From Bacillota bacterium (GTDB lineage Bacteria; Bacillota; Sulfobacillia; Fermentithermobacillales; Fermentithermobacillaceae), in NCBI GenBank assembly GCA_050952125.1, contig JBMNKK010000001.1, forward strand, positions 117,972 to 181,971: a stretch of DNA of 64,000 nucleotides, given 5' to 3'. The position numbers were made by a program, and so were the translations under genes. Below the pieces are notes generated by a model. It was not told the origin of the DNA, did no database searches, and saw only the letters and a list, made by a program, of their open reading frames with translations. The stretch's first letter is position 1. Every line of letters starts with the position of its first letter. Below, piece by piece: positions 45,260 through 55,399 of this stretch.

Positions 45260-47149
45260 CTACACTTTGAACCTACTGACAACACCCTTCAGATCCTCGG
45301 CAAGGCGGTCGAGCTTTATCGCTGCCTCATAGACCTGCTGCATTGTCGCGCTCATCTCGTTAGCCGATGCCGATACTTCCTCGGTAGACGCGGCCGATTC
45401 CTCGGACGCGGCAGCTACCGTGTCAACCATGTTTCGAACCTCAGCCGCACTTGCCCGCATCTCGGCAGCAGTGGCAGAGGTCCTCGCCGCGAGTTGCTCG
45501 ATGTTCTTCACAGACTGCTGCACATTGTCATTGGCCGAGACTAGGACATCCGCAGCCTGGAACAGGCTTCCGATCATCTGCTCGGTTTCGGATGCTCCCT
45601 GGGCGATTTGAGCAAGAGATTCGCTGGCTTCCTGCGCCAATACGGCACCGTTCTCTACTTCCTTGGTTCCCATCTCGGCGGCTCCGACAGCCTTGTCGAT
45701 AGCCTGGCGTATCCTGTCGACCAGGGCGCCGATGGCCTTGGTCTCTCTAGATGAATCCTCGGCCAGCTTACGGACCTCCTCTGAGACTACCGCAAAGCCC
45801 TTTCCGGCCTCCCCTGCTCTGGCTGCCTCAATTGCCGCGTTCAGAGCCAGAAGGTTGGTCTGAGCAGCAATTCCGTTGATTACCTCGATTATCTTCCCGA
45901 TCTCCTGGGAATACCCGTCGAGTTCGGTAATGCTTGCCGACAGGTTCCCGGTAGTAGCTCTGATGGACTGCATGCTGCCAAGGACGTTGGTGACCGACTG
46001 GCCGCCTCTCACGGCGTACTCGTTGTTCTTCTTGGCAGTCTCTTCCGCGTTCCTCAGGAGTTCTCCCACCTCAACCAGAGCCGCACTGGCCCTTTCGCTT
46101 GCAGACAGCGAGTCAAATGCCGCGGCCGCTTGAGCCTCTGTTCCCTCTGCTACCTGGCCGATCGCCGCGTTCAGTTGGTCCACGGCCACTGCGGTTCGTG
46201 AAGAGCTGGCACTTTGATCCTGAGAAGCACTGGCGATCTGCTGCACGGTCTCTGCCATCTGCTCCGTGACCCGCGTCGACTCCTCCGCACCTCTGCTGAG
46301 GCTAGCGCTGCTGGCTGCAACCTCAAGCGCCGTGGACGTAATGGAGCGGATCATCTCCTGTAAGCGCTCCATAAACACGTTGAACCACTTGGCCATTTCC
46401 GCCATCTCGTCGTTGGACTTATCGTTAAGCCTAACTGTGAGGTCGCCTTCGCCTTCGGCGATATCCTTAAGAGCCAAAGTCATGCTGCTCACGGGCGAGA
46501 GGAGTTGCCTTGCCAGTAATACGGATATCCCGGCAGCCATGACGACGCCTATGACTGCAGCCGCCAGCTGCATCATTCGTACATTCTTCTCGGTTCTCAG
46601 AGAATCCGTATTGAGTGCCAGTGTCGATTCTTCAATTCGATTGCCGATCTCATCGATCTCGCCTCTCGCGAGTTCAAACTCGTCTCCTCCGGCCATTAGC
46701 GAGAGGGCTCTCGCTTCCGCCAAGAGACTCGGGTCGCCCGCACGAACAAGCTGCGAGACTTCATTGCTGTGAGCACGCCACTCGCCGAACACCTTCTCAT
46801 ATGCCTCTATTGCGGTCTTCTCGTTGGCGCTCAGCGGCAGTGCTTTATACTCATTCCACCTGTCTTGAGCCTGCTGTATGTTCTCCACGCGAGTGGCTTC
46901 CAGGCTCGCGATTTCCTCAGGATCCTCTGCAGACAGCATGCTTCTCTCTGCCACCAATGCCTGCTGCAGATCCCGGTCTATGTTCAACAGCAAGCTGATT
47001 CCAGGATAGTTCTGCTGGTACATGATTCCGAGGTTCGCCGTGACCATCCGCACGCTGACAAGTCCAAGGATGATGGTCGCCGCGGTAAGTGCCAGGAACA
47101 ACCCGCAGGCGATAAAAATCCTAGTCCGCATCTTCAATGCCCAACCCAC
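45260..47149 (-). CDS. Methyl-accepting chemotaxis protein
   Basis: Two TMs flank a periplasmic sensor domain, then HAMP and an MCP signalling domain ([32 protein letters not shown]). Confidence 0.85.
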   Translation of the reverse strand: MGWALKMRTRIFIACGLFLALTAATIILGLVSVRMVTANLGIMYQQNYPGISLLLNIDRDLQQALVAERSMLSAEDPEEIASLEATRVENIQQAQDRWNEYKALPLSANEKTAIEAYEKVFGEWRAHSNEVSQLVRAGDPSLLAEARALSLMAGGDEFELARGEIDEIGNRIEESTLALNTDSLRTEKNVRMMQLAAAVIGVVMAAGISVLLARQLLSPVSSMTLALKDIAEGEGDLTVRLNDKSNDEMAEMAKWFNVFMERLQEMIRSITSTALEVAASSASLSRGAEESTRVTEQMAETVQQIASASQDQSASSSRTAVAVDQLNAAIGQVAEGTEAQAAAAFDSLSASERASAALVEVGELLRNAEETAKKNNEYAVRGGQSVTNVLGSMQSIRATTGNLSASITELDGYSQEIGKIIEVINGIAAQTNLLALNAAIEAARAGEAGKGFAVVSEEVRKLAEDSSRETKAIGALVDRIRQAIDKAVGAAEMGTKEVENGAVLAQEASESLAQIAQGASETEQMIGSLFQAADVLVSANDNVQQSVKNIEQLAARTSATAAEMRASAAEVRNMVDTVAAASEESAASTEEVSASANEMSATMQQVYEAAIKLDRLAEDLKGVVSRFKV

Positions 47150-47323
47150 CCTTTGCTGGTTTTTTCTCTCTTTTCACACGCGAGTGCATTTCAGTTATCG
47201 TCGTGTGCTGGGCAAAGTAAAGGGTTTCTTCAATCAATTTAGCTTTCTTAAACGAAAAGAAACAACCGACACCCCCGAACGAGGAGGTGCCGGCTACCCT
47301 GTTACGGGTCTTGTCGATGTCCG

Positions 47324-48709
47324 CTAGATGATCTTCAGTCCCGTAAGCAAGACCAAGAGAACGGCCACGGGAGTGATGACCTTCACAACGCCGGTGAAGA
47401 CCGAGATCAGCGTCTCGTTGTTGAGGGTCCCTTCGTTGGACAAAGCCGCTTTGAGCTGGGCGGCTCCCCAACGCCACCCGACAAACAAGCACAGCATCAG
47501 CCCGCCTAAAGGCATCAGTATGCTGGACGTGGACCAGTCAAAGAAATCAAAGGGAGTCATCCCAAGTATCTTCCAATTTGCCGTTAGGCTGTTTGAAAGA
47601 GCCGCAGTAGAGCCTACCACTGCAAGCCCCACCAGCGTGGCAATGGTAGCCTTCTTCCTGCTCCACCCGAAACTCCCGACCAAGTACGCCACAGGAACCT
47701 CATACAGAGACAGCATGGCACCGGTTGCGGCGATAAACGCGAGCACGAAGAAAAGCGGCAGCAGAATCCTGCCCAAGGGCATCGCGCTGAACACGGCAGG
47801 AATGGTCACAAAGAGAAGCTCAGGGCCGGCTCCGGGCTCAAAACCGAAAGCGAAAACCGCCGGAAAAATGGCTATCCCGCAGAGCAGTGATACGGCAACA
47901 TCCGAGAGCATGACTCTAAAGGCAGTCCCGGGGATATCCTGGTCCTTTCTAAAGTAGCTCCCGTAAGTAATCATGGTGCCCATGCCGACCGAAAGTTTGA
48001 AGAAAGAGAGCCCCATCGCGGAAAGAACGGTCGCGCCGGTCACCTTGGAGAAATCAGGCTTGAACAGGAACTCGAGACCTTGTGCAGCGCCGGGAAGGGT
48101 GATGCTGCGAATGCATACGATTACCAAGATGCCGAAGAGAACCGGCATAAGTGTCTTGGTTACTTTTTCAATACCCTTTGATACGCCCATCATAATGACG
48201 GCTGCCACCCAGGCCAGTACGATCCACTGCCATACCAACGATTGAGTGGGGTCGGTAACTAAGGAGCCGAAAGCCGCCGAGGTCACTTCAGGTGAAGAAC
48301 TCAAGATCGAGCCGCCGATGCCTTTTACCACGTAGGCGAGAACCCAACCCGCTACCTCCGTGTAGAACGCCATAATGAGGAACGCGCTGATGACTCCCGC
48401 ACCGCTCACTAGCCACCAGGGAGTATTGGGGGCGAGTTTCTTGAACGTCTGGATAGCGTCAGCCCTGGCCGAACGGCCGAGCACGTGCTCGGAAATCATC
48501 ACAGGTAATCCAACGGCTAAGGTGCAAAGTATATAGATGATGACGAAAGCCGCACCGCCGTTGACTCCGGTAAGGTAAGGGAACTTCCAGATGTTGCCCA
48601 AACCCACTGCAGACCCAAGCGTAGCAATGATAACGCCGAGTTTGGTACTGAACATGTCCCTCGCCTTCGTAGTAGATACCGGTTCAGTCTCTACCGTAAC
48701 GGATGCCAT
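47324..48709 (-). CDS. Sodium-dependent transporter, NSS (SNF) family
   Basis: GLGNIWKFPY signature. 461 aa, about 11-12 TM. Confidence 0.85.
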   Translation of the reverse strand: MASVTVETEPVSTTKARDMFSTKLGVIIATLGSAVGLGNIWKFPYLTGVNGGAAFVIIYILCTLAVGLPVMISEHVLGRSARADAIQTFKKLAPNTPWWLVSGAGVISAFLIMAFYTEVAGWVLAYVVKGIGGSILSSSPEVTSAAFGSLVTDPTQSLVWQWIVLAWVAAVIMMGVSKGIEKVTKTLMPVLFGILVIVCIRSITLPGAAQGLEFLFKPDFSKVTGATVLSAMGLSFFKLSVGMGTMITYGSYFRKDQDIPGTAFRVMLSDVAVSLLCGIAIFPAVFAFGFEPGAGPELLFVTIPAVFSAMPLGRILLPLFFVLAFIAATGAMLSLYEVPVAYLVGSFGWSRKKATIATLVGLAVVGSTAALSNSLTANWKILGMTPFDFFDWSTSSILMPLGGLMLCLFVGWRWGAAQLKAALSNEGTLNNETLISVFTGVVKVITPVAVLLVLLTGLKII

Positions 48710-48946
48710 GTGATCTCCTCCCTTTCACCGTCAGGCCGGCCTCTCCAGGTCAAAATAAGGACACCCGGCGGAGAGGCCCTGCTAAACCATGCAAGGAACT
48801 TTCCGCTCGGGTGTTTTGTACCCACGGTGTGCTCTAAACCTACTAAAGAGCCGGTGCCGCTTGGACCTGGCCGCTCAAAAGCTTGAGCGCGGAACCCTAG
48901 GCACCCTTCCTTCGGTCACGCAAGATGTCAGCCTGCGATTTCGGGT

Positions 48947-48976
48947 ATTATACAAGTCATTGTTAGGTTATTGCAA
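48947..48976 (-). promoter_or_regulatory. Near-consensus sigma-A promoter for the NSS transporter transcript
   Basis: Minus strand: TTGCAA, 18 bp spacer, TATAAT. Located about 230 nt upstream of the start codon. Confidence 0.55.
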
Positions 48977-49068
48977 TAGACTTCTGAAGGAAATTTCGCA
49001 GGAAAGTCAAGACTGCGCCTAATACATCGTCCAATATGTCGCTCACATCTTCGCTTCGGAAGGCGCCG

Positions 49069-49416
49069 CTATGACATCTTCATCCGCTTCAGTCGATTGA
49101 CTGCACCGGCGTATCTCGCGCCGTAGGTAGCCCACTTCTCCAACCGTTCGCACGGCATTTCAGGACAGGCAGAGCAGCTCTGAAGCCCTCTCTCATCTAC
49201 GCTGCACTTTAGGATGTCGCAACCCGCTGACCAGTGAATAGACCTGTCACCCAGGCACCCTCCGCACCTCACCTTTTCGGGCGGAAGCTCTACTCCTCTT
49301 TCCTTCACAAACCAGTCGAGGATTTCTTTCATGGCCCGAGGGTCGTCTTTTGCCCGGAAAATGCTGCACGTAGAGCAGTCAAGTCCGCAAGGCGCAAGAA
49401 GGTCCTTCTCTTCCAC
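49069..49416 (-). CDS. Small Cys-rich protein (DUF3795-like)
   Basis: CGLDCSTCS, CGGC and CSACPEMPC motifs. 115 aa. Confidence 0.55.
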   Translation of the reverse strand: MEEKDLLAPCGLDCSTCSIFRAKDDPRAMKEILDWFVKERGVELPPEKVRCGGCLGDRSIHWSAGCDILKCSVDERGLQSCSACPEMPCERLEKWATYGARYAGAVNRLKRMKMS

Positions 49417-49572
49417 CGAGATTCACCTCCCGGTTTATGGGTGGGACACCAACTAGATAGACACCTCCAGTTTACTTCGCGCGGACGTATCGATCAAATG
49501 TTTGTTTGAGGTGAAGGAAATGACGGATCCCTGAGATAATACGGGGATGAGGTTTGCAGCCCAAGGATAGGG

Positions 49573-50646
49573 GTGTGCGAAGTGGCAGAGGGACTGCTCT
49601 TCAAGAACGAATTGGCCAACCTGGATGATGCTGCGGACCCGGTGCGGCCGGGCTCCGGGATTGGCCTCACGATCGGCGACATATCCGCTGCGATACGCGA
49701 ATGGCGCGGAAGCCCTGCCCTCCGGATTGAGAGCGGCCTGGTTATCGTGTCGGGACTCGATCTGGAATCAGGAAGGATCGAGGTAGAGGTCGGAGTTGAG
49801 GGAAGCGCCTATCCGGGTATCGCGTTCCGCATCGCCGACCGGATGAACTTCGAGTTGGCCTACAGCCAGCCGCACACGAGCGGCGGCTGGGATGCCCTCC
49901 AGTACGACCCTGTCTTTCACGGCTCCAACACCTGGCAGCTCCACCACGGGCCCCGGTACCAAAAAGAAGCTGTCATACCCACGGGCAAGTGGTATTCGAT
50001 GAGGCTGGACTTCTCCGGCGACAAGGCATCCCTCTCAGTCGACAACCAACCGCCGCTCACGGTAAGGGGCTTAGCGCACAGCCACAGTTCCGGCATGGTC
50101 GGGCTCTGGACGTTCCAGCCTGCGTATTTCCGTAACCTGAAGGTGTACTCGGATGGGCTTTCTGCGAGTTCCCTCAGAGAGGCCCAGGCGCAGGAACAAG
50201 GGGCGCTCCGTGCTCACACAGTGCCTCACCACGAAACCGTAAGGGAGTGGTTTCTTGAGGGCATCGGAGCTATTAAGGCTGAACCGAACGGGCTTGTGCT
50301 GCTCAACCGTTACCTGCCTTCCTACACCACACGAGCCGTGGTCACCCGCAAGTTCGAGCTTACGGGTGACGCTCGCGTCGAGTTCAAATACGGGTACTCG
50401 GATGTTTTCTCACTGGCCGTCGACGATGTTACCATTTTCTCGGGCAGCAACACTTACTCCGGCCGCGGAGATCGAGATGCGAGAGGATATGTTGAGCCCT
50501 ACGGGCACACCATGGCGTGGGACCTGAAGGCGGGAATCCACACGATCAAGGCAGTAGTCGGCGTGACGGAATCGTTTGGCTGGGGATTCGGGCTTTCTGT
50601 ATCCGGCGGCAGACTGCTGAAACTGCTGCCGGTTTGGGTGAGCTGA
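49573..50646 (+). CDS. Hypothetical protein, possibly with two concanavalin/LamG-like beta-sandwich halves
   Basis: 357 aa, with internal similarity between the halves (…FELAYSQ… / …FELTGDARVEFKYGYS…). Family assignment is not confident. Confidence 0.5.
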   Translation: MCEVAEGLLFKNELANLDDAADPVRPGSGIGLTIGDISAAIREWRGSPALRIESGLVIVSGLDLESGRIEVEVGVEGSAYPGIAFRIADRMNFELAYSQPHTSGGWDALQYDPVFHGSNTWQLHHGPRYQKEAVIPTGKWYSMRLDFSGDKASLSVDNQPPLTVRGLAHSHSSGMVGLWTFQPAYFRNLKVYSDGLSASSLREAQAQEQGALRAHTVPHHETVREWFLEGIGAIKAEPNGLVLLNRYLPSYTTRAVVTRKFELTGDARVEFKYGYSDVFSLAVDDVTIFSGSNTYSGRGDRDARGYVEPYGHTMAWDLKAGIHTIKAVVGVTESFGWGFGLSVSGGRLLKLLPVWVS

Positions 50647-50670
50647 GAGTCCGCCCTTTAGCCGCATTAA

Positions 50671-50700
50671 GGACCCGGCGCGTACGCTTGCGCCGGGTCC
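50671..50700. terminator. Bidirectional terminator between convergent genes
   Basis: ggacccggcgcg-tacgcttg-cgccgggtcc hairpin. Confidence 0.55.
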
Positions 50701-50742
50701 CCTTTCCGCTTCGCTCCGGGCCGCTCCAGTAAGCGACAACAC

Positions 50743-52221
50743 CTAGAGGATGATACAGATGAGCCCGCCGGAACCTTCGTTGACGACTCTCCCCAAAGTC
50801 TCCTGCATCTTGTTTCTCGCGTTCTCGGGCATCCTGGCAATCTTGGACGTTACGCCATCAAGAACCAGGTCCTTTAGGGATTTCCCGAAGAGGTCGGTCG
50901 CCCAGATTTTCTTGGGATCATCCTCAAACTTCTCCATCAGGTACGAGACGAGTTCCTCTCCCTGCTCCTCGGTGCCGATCACCGGGCTCACCGTAGTCTC
51001 TATCTCCGTCCTGATCAGGTGGATTGCGGGCCCCTTGGCGCGAAGCCTAACCCCGTAGCTTCGCCCCTGCTTCACCATCTCGGGTTCTTCGAACACCATA
51101 TCGCTTAAGGTGGGCTCCACAATCCCGTAACCTGTCTCTTCCAGTTCCCTTAGGGCCAGCTGCATCTTGTCGTACGTCCTCTTGGCAACCACCAGGTCGC
51201 CCACCATGTTCAAGATGTCGGCCTTGTCAACCACCGTCGCCCCCGTCTTCTCGCTCATAACCTTCATGAACGCGTCTTCCGAAGCCTCCAGAGCGAGAGA
51301 CGCGGTCCCTGTCGACATATCGACCTTCTCGACGGCCACTTTCGACACGTGATCCGAGGCCTGCAGCATCATGACGCAGGCGTCTATGTCGCGAACCCGC
51401 TTGACGCTGGCTGCGGCGTCTTTGATATCTGATTCTATTTCGCTTCTAAGCCAGTGTGACGAGGAAAGGAGCTGCACCCACTTGGGGACGCGCACCGTCA
51501 TATCCTTGACGGGGAACTCGTAGAGCACCTGCTCCATGATTAAGGTGACATCGTCGTGATTGAGTTCCTGGCAGTTGGCCGGAATGACCGGAACCCCGTA
51601 CTCGCCTTCCATCTGGGTGGCAAGATCGGAGACCTCTTTGGAATACGGATCGCGGCAGTTGAGGACAATCACAAACGGCTTGCCCAACCCCAAGAGCTGC
51701 TCCACGATCTTCTTCTCTGCCTCCACGTAACTCTCGCGGGGCAGGTCCACAATGCTGCCGTCGGTGGTCACCACGATCCCGATGGTCGAGTGGTCGGTCA
51801 CAACCTTCTCCGTGCCAACCTCGGCCGCCTGGGCGAAGGGTATCGGCTCCTCGAACCAAGGGGTCCTCACAAGCCTCGGCTCGTCACCCTCCATGTACCC
51901 TACCGCTCCGTCAACCGGGTACCCCGTGCAGTCAATCACTTTCACGTTGAAAGAGAGGTTGTCTCGGACATCCACAGGCACGGAATCTTCGGGGACGAAT
52001 TTGGGCTCAACGGTCATGACCGTGCGTCCCGAGCCTGCCTGCGGCATGGAGTCGACGGTCCTCTCTTTATCGTACGGGTCGGTGATGTTGGGAAGCACGA
52101 AGAGTTCCATGAACTGACGGATGAAGGTGGATTTCCCGACACGCATGGGACCTACTACGCCAATGTAGATATCGCCGTTAGTGCGCCGGGCGATATCCAT
52201 GAAGATATCGAACTTCTCCAC
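50743..52221 (-). CDS. spoIVA: Stage IV sporulation protein A (spore coat morphogenetic ATPase)
   Basis: 492 aa. N-terminus MEKFDIFMDIARRTNGDIYIGVVGPMRVGKSTFIRQFMELFVLPNI closely matches B. subtilis SpoIVA. GTG start with GGAGGGAGAG RBS. Confidence 0.9.
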   Translation of the reverse strand: MEKFDIFMDIARRTNGDIYIGVVGPMRVGKSTFIRQFMELFVLPNITDPYDKERTVDSMPQAGSGRTVMTVEPKFVPEDSVPVDVRDNLSFNVKVIDCTGYPVDGAVGYMEGDEPRLVRTPWFEEPIPFAQAAEVGTEKVVTDHSTIGIVVTTDGSIVDLPRESYVEAEKKIVEQLLGLGKPFVIVLNCRDPYSKEVSDLATQMEGEYGVPVIPANCQELNHDDVTLIMEQVLYEFPVKDMTVRVPKWVQLLSSSHWLRSEIESDIKDAAASVKRVRDIDACVMMLQASDHVSKVAVEKVDMSTGTASLALEASEDAFMKVMSEKTGATVVDKADILNMVGDLVVAKRTYDKMQLALRELEETGYGIVEPTLSDMVFEEPEMVKQGRSYGVRLRAKGPAIHLIRTEIETTVSPVIGTEEQGEELVSYLMEKFEDDPKKIWATDLFGKSLKDLVLDGVTSKIARMPENARNKMQETLGRVVNEGSGGLICIIL

Positions 52222-52377
52222 CTGGACTCTCCCTCCTATAGCACCTTGACGGTAATCTATATGCCAAGCTGCCTTATGACTTGACCCACCGCATAGCGAA
52301 GTTAAAGAAACAAGTTACTTTTAACAGTATGTGGAGAGCCCTGAGGGTAGAACAGGCGTTAGCGCCGGCTGAAGAAC

Positions 52378-53379
52378 CTAGAACTCGCGTTCGTGGCGCT
52401 TTTGGCGGGTCATGATGACCGACACCGCGTGGCTTACGGAGATGTTCTCGTAAAGGACGCCGTAGACCGTCTCGGTAATGGGCATGGAAATCCCAAACCG
52501 CTTGGCGAGGGACATGGCGCTTCGTACCGTGGTCAGCCCCTCCACGGTATAGCCTGTCCTCTCGAGGAAGGATTGGATGTGCTCGCCTTTGCCGACGGCG
52601 ATGCCCGCCTGGCGGTTTCGCGACAGGTGTCCGGTGGATGTCAGGACGAGGTCGCCAACCCCTGAGAGCCCGGCAAACGTCAAAGGATAAGCCCCCAGGG
52701 CCACGCCCAGCCTCGTTATCTCTGCAATCCCGCGAGAGATGATCGCTGCTTGCGCGTTGTATCCAAGCCCTTTGCCTTCAACTAGACCGCATGCCAAGGC
52801 AATGATGTTCTTGAGTGCCCCTCCGAGCTCGACGCCGGCCACATCCTCGCAGGTATAGACTCTCAGGTTAGGGGTCATGAAGGCAGACTGAGCGGCCTCG
52901 CCCGCTCCGAGAGAGTGAGAGGCGACCACTGTAGCGGCGGGCAGCCTCTTGACTACCTCGATGGCGAAGTTGGGCCCGGAAAGAGCCACCAGCCTGTCCG
53001 CCAATGAAGGATTGGAATCCAACCATACCTGAGTGGGCCTGCGAAGGGTTTCGGGGTCAAAGCCTTTTGTCGCGCTCACCAAAAGGGCATCATCGGGAAT
53101 AAGCTTGCCAATGGTCGCGGCAACCTCTGCGACTCCTGTCGAAGGCACGGCAGAGACCACTATGGAGGAACCCCTAAGGGCTTCTTCATAATCTGTAGTA
53201 GCTGTCAAGGGAGCGGGGATCTCGATGCCCGGAAGCTTCGGACTCCGCTTCAGTTCCGTTATTGATTCCACAAGGTGCTCGTCGCGGTCCCACAGCACAG
53301 GGCGAAACCCGTTGTCTGAAAGGACGACGGCAAGAGCCGTACCCCAAGCACCCGCAGCAATTACGCAAGCTTTCTTCAT
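52378..53379 (-). CDS. gpsA: NAD(P)H-dependent glycerol-3-phosphate dehydrogenase
   Basis: N-terminal Rossmann AGAWGTALA. GpsA-like throughout. Confidence 0.9.
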   Translation of the reverse strand: MKKACVIAAGAWGTALAVVLSDNGFRPVLWDRDEHLVESITELKRSPKLPGIEIPAPLTATTDYEEALRGSSIVVSAVPSTGVAEVAATIGKLIPDDALLVSATKGFDPETLRRPTQVWLDSNPSLADRLVALSGPNFAIEVVKRLPAATVVASHSLGAGEAAQSAFMTPNLRVYTCEDVAGVELGGALKNIIALACGLVEGKGLGYNAQAAIISRGIAEITRLGVALGAYPLTFAGLSGVGDLVLTSTGHLSRNRQAGIAVGKGEHIQSFLERTGYTVEGLTTVRSAMSLAKRFGISMPITETVYGVLYENISVSHAVSVIMTRQKRHEREF

Positions 53380-54011
53380 CGAGACTCGCTACCCTTCCTG
53401 AACGGCACTTTCTCGCCTATCTTTCGCTCCTTACCTGATAAGAGCCGACCTATATTTGACCTGTGCTGAAAAGTGATCGCGGCCACAAGGGCAAAAATGG
53501 TTACGCGCTCCGCCGTACCGTAGCCGGAGGCCAGGGACAAAAGGAATGCTGTCCACGCCCCCAAAATGCTTCCCAGCGAAACATACCTGGTCGCGACAAC
53601 CGTGAGGACGAACACGGCGACCGCAGCTAGAGCCAGGTAAGGAAAAGCGACCAACGCGACTCCGGCCGATGTGGCGACTCCCTTACCGCCACGAAAACGC
53701 AGAAAGACCGACCAGTTGTGGCCCGCGACAGCAAAGCCTCCGGCAATCACCGCCCCGATGGGACCGATGCCGAGGTATCGCGCTCCGAGATAGGCCGCAG
53801 CTGCACCCTTGCCCGCGTCAAGGAGCAGCACCGGCACGGCATACAAAGCTCCTAACGTTCTGAGCACATTCGTAGCTCCCGTGTTGCCGCTCCCCAGCTT
53901 GGTGATGTCTATGCCGCGAATACGGGCTGCCAGGTATCCGAACGGAATCGCCCCCGTAAAATACGACGCGAGACAAACCGCCGCGATCAGCCCTGCGCCT
54001 TCGAGCGTCAT
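53376..54011 (-). CDS. plsY: Glycerol-3-phosphate acyltransferase PlsY
   Basis: GSGNTGATNVLRTLG motif. 4-nt overlap with gpsA. Confidence 0.85.
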   Translation of the reverse strand: MTLEGAGLIAAVCLASYFTGAIPFGYLAARIRGIDITKLGSGNTGATNVLRTLGALYAVPVLLLDAGKGAAAAYLGARYLGIGPIGAVIAGGFAVAGHNWSVFLRFRGGKGVATSAGVALVAFPYLALAAVAVFVLTVVATRYVSLGSILGAWTAFLLSLASGYGTAERVTIFALVAAITFQHRSNIGRLLSGKERKIGEKVPFRKGSESR

Positions 54012-55393
54012 CTCCTGCGCTTCCTCTGCCTTTCCTTGAACTCCATAACGATAGGAGTGCCCTTGAACCCAAACCTCTTTCGCAACTCGCCGTCCAGATA
54101 ACGCTTGTACATGTCCGAAACCTTGGCCGGATCTTTCACAAAGAATACCATGTGAGGCGGCCTCACTCCCACTTGTGTAGCGTAATAGAACTTGGCTTCC
54201 TTAGGCGGAGGGCTCATGGTGACTATTTCCGTAACCGCTTGATTCAGGAGGCTGGTCTCAATCCTCTTGCCGTACTCCTCGTAAGTCCTCAATACCTCCG
54301 GCAGAATCCTGTTTATCCCCGCCTTGGTGAGCGCCGAGACGAACAGCACCTCTGAGTAATCAATGGGGCGGCACGCGTAAAGGGCAGCTGCTTTGTACTG
54401 AGCCTTGGTTACATCGCTCCACAGCCCGAGGTCGAGCTTGTTAACGGCAATCACGGAAGCCTTACCGTTCCTCCTGATGTAGCCTGCAATCCTCCGTTCC
54501 TGCGCCGAAGGCCTATCATTTCCGTCCAGAACCAAAATGACCACATGGGAGCGCTTGATCGCGGTAAGCGCCCTGCCCACCGACAGCTCCTCCAGCTTCT
54601 CGCCGATCACCTTTGGGCGGCGCAAACCTGCCGTGTCGACGAGGACAAAATCAGTGCCTTCCCACCGGAAGGGGGTGTCAACAGCGTCGACAGTCGTGCC
54701 CGGGACAGCGGAGACAGTCATCCTCTCGTCGCCCAGGAGCGCATTGGTCAGCGATGATTTCCCCACGTTGGGCTTGCCGGCGATGGTGATCCTGATGTCC
54801 CCGGGCTCCGCTTCGGAATCACCGATCCCTTCCTCGTCATCCCCGACTGCCTCGATTCTATCGAGATCTGCTTCCAGGACCTCATCACGTGCCGAGGCTT
54901 TCAGCTCCAGGATCCGGTCGAGAAGATCTCCAATCCCCAACCCGTGCATTGCGGACACCGGATAGACATCGGCGAAGCCCAAGCCGTAGAAGTCCGCGAT
55001 CTTCGAGTCGTGCTGAGCCGTATCGGCCTTGTTCGCCGCAAGGATCAGCGGCTTGGCAGTCTTGCGAAGTAACTCGGCCACCTCGATATCCTCGGTTGTG
55101 AGCCCCGCCCGCAGATCTACTACAAAAAGCAGAGCGTCGGCTTCCTTGATTGCCTGGTTTACCTGGGCGCGGATGCTGCCGGTCAGGTCCTCCTTGGACG
55201 CGAGGTCGAGGCCGCCGGTGTCGAGCAAAGTGAACTCCTCGCCCTGCCACTCCGCCTCCGCGTAAAGCCGGTCTCTGGTTACTCCGCTTTGGCTGTGGAC
55301 TATGGAAGAAGAAGCGCCGATTATACGGTTGAACAGAGCCGATTTACCCACGTTCGGCCGCCCTACAATCGCGACAAGATACCTGTCTGGCAT
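54008..55393 (-). CDS. der: Ribosome-biogenesis GTPase Der (EngA), tandem GTPase domains
   Basis: Two G1 motifs (GRPNVGKS, GKPNVGKS) and a KH-like C-terminus. Confidence 0.9.
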   Translation of the reverse strand: MPDRYLVAIVGRPNVGKSALFNRIIGASSSIVHSQSGVTRDRLYAEAEWQGEEFTLLDTGGLDLASKEDLTGSIRAQVNQAIKEADALLFVVDLRAGLTTEDIEVAELLRKTAKPLILAANKADTAQHDSKIADFYGLGFADVYPVSAMHGLGIGDLLDRILELKASARDEVLEADLDRIEAVGDDEEGIGDSEAEPGDIRITIAGKPNVGKSSLTNALLGDERMTVSAVPGTTVDAVDTPFRWEGTDFVLVDTAGLRRPKVIGEKLEELSVGRALTAIKRSHVVILVLDGNDRPSAQERRIAGYIRRNGKASVIAVNKLDLGLWSDVTKAQYKAAALYACRPIDYSEVLFVSALTKAGINRILPEVLRTYEEYGKRIETSLLNQAVTEIVTMSPPPKEAKFYYATQVGVRPPHMVFFVKDPAKVSDMYKRYLDGELRKRFGFKGTPIVMEFKERQRKRRR

Positions 55394-55399
55394 ATCAGG

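Noticed and set aside
48710-48960. T-box leader upstream of the NSS transporter
   Set aside because: AAGGGUGccuagGGUUCCGCG has an insertion that breaks the AGGGUGGNACCGCG core. No canonical terminator/antiterminator pair was found.
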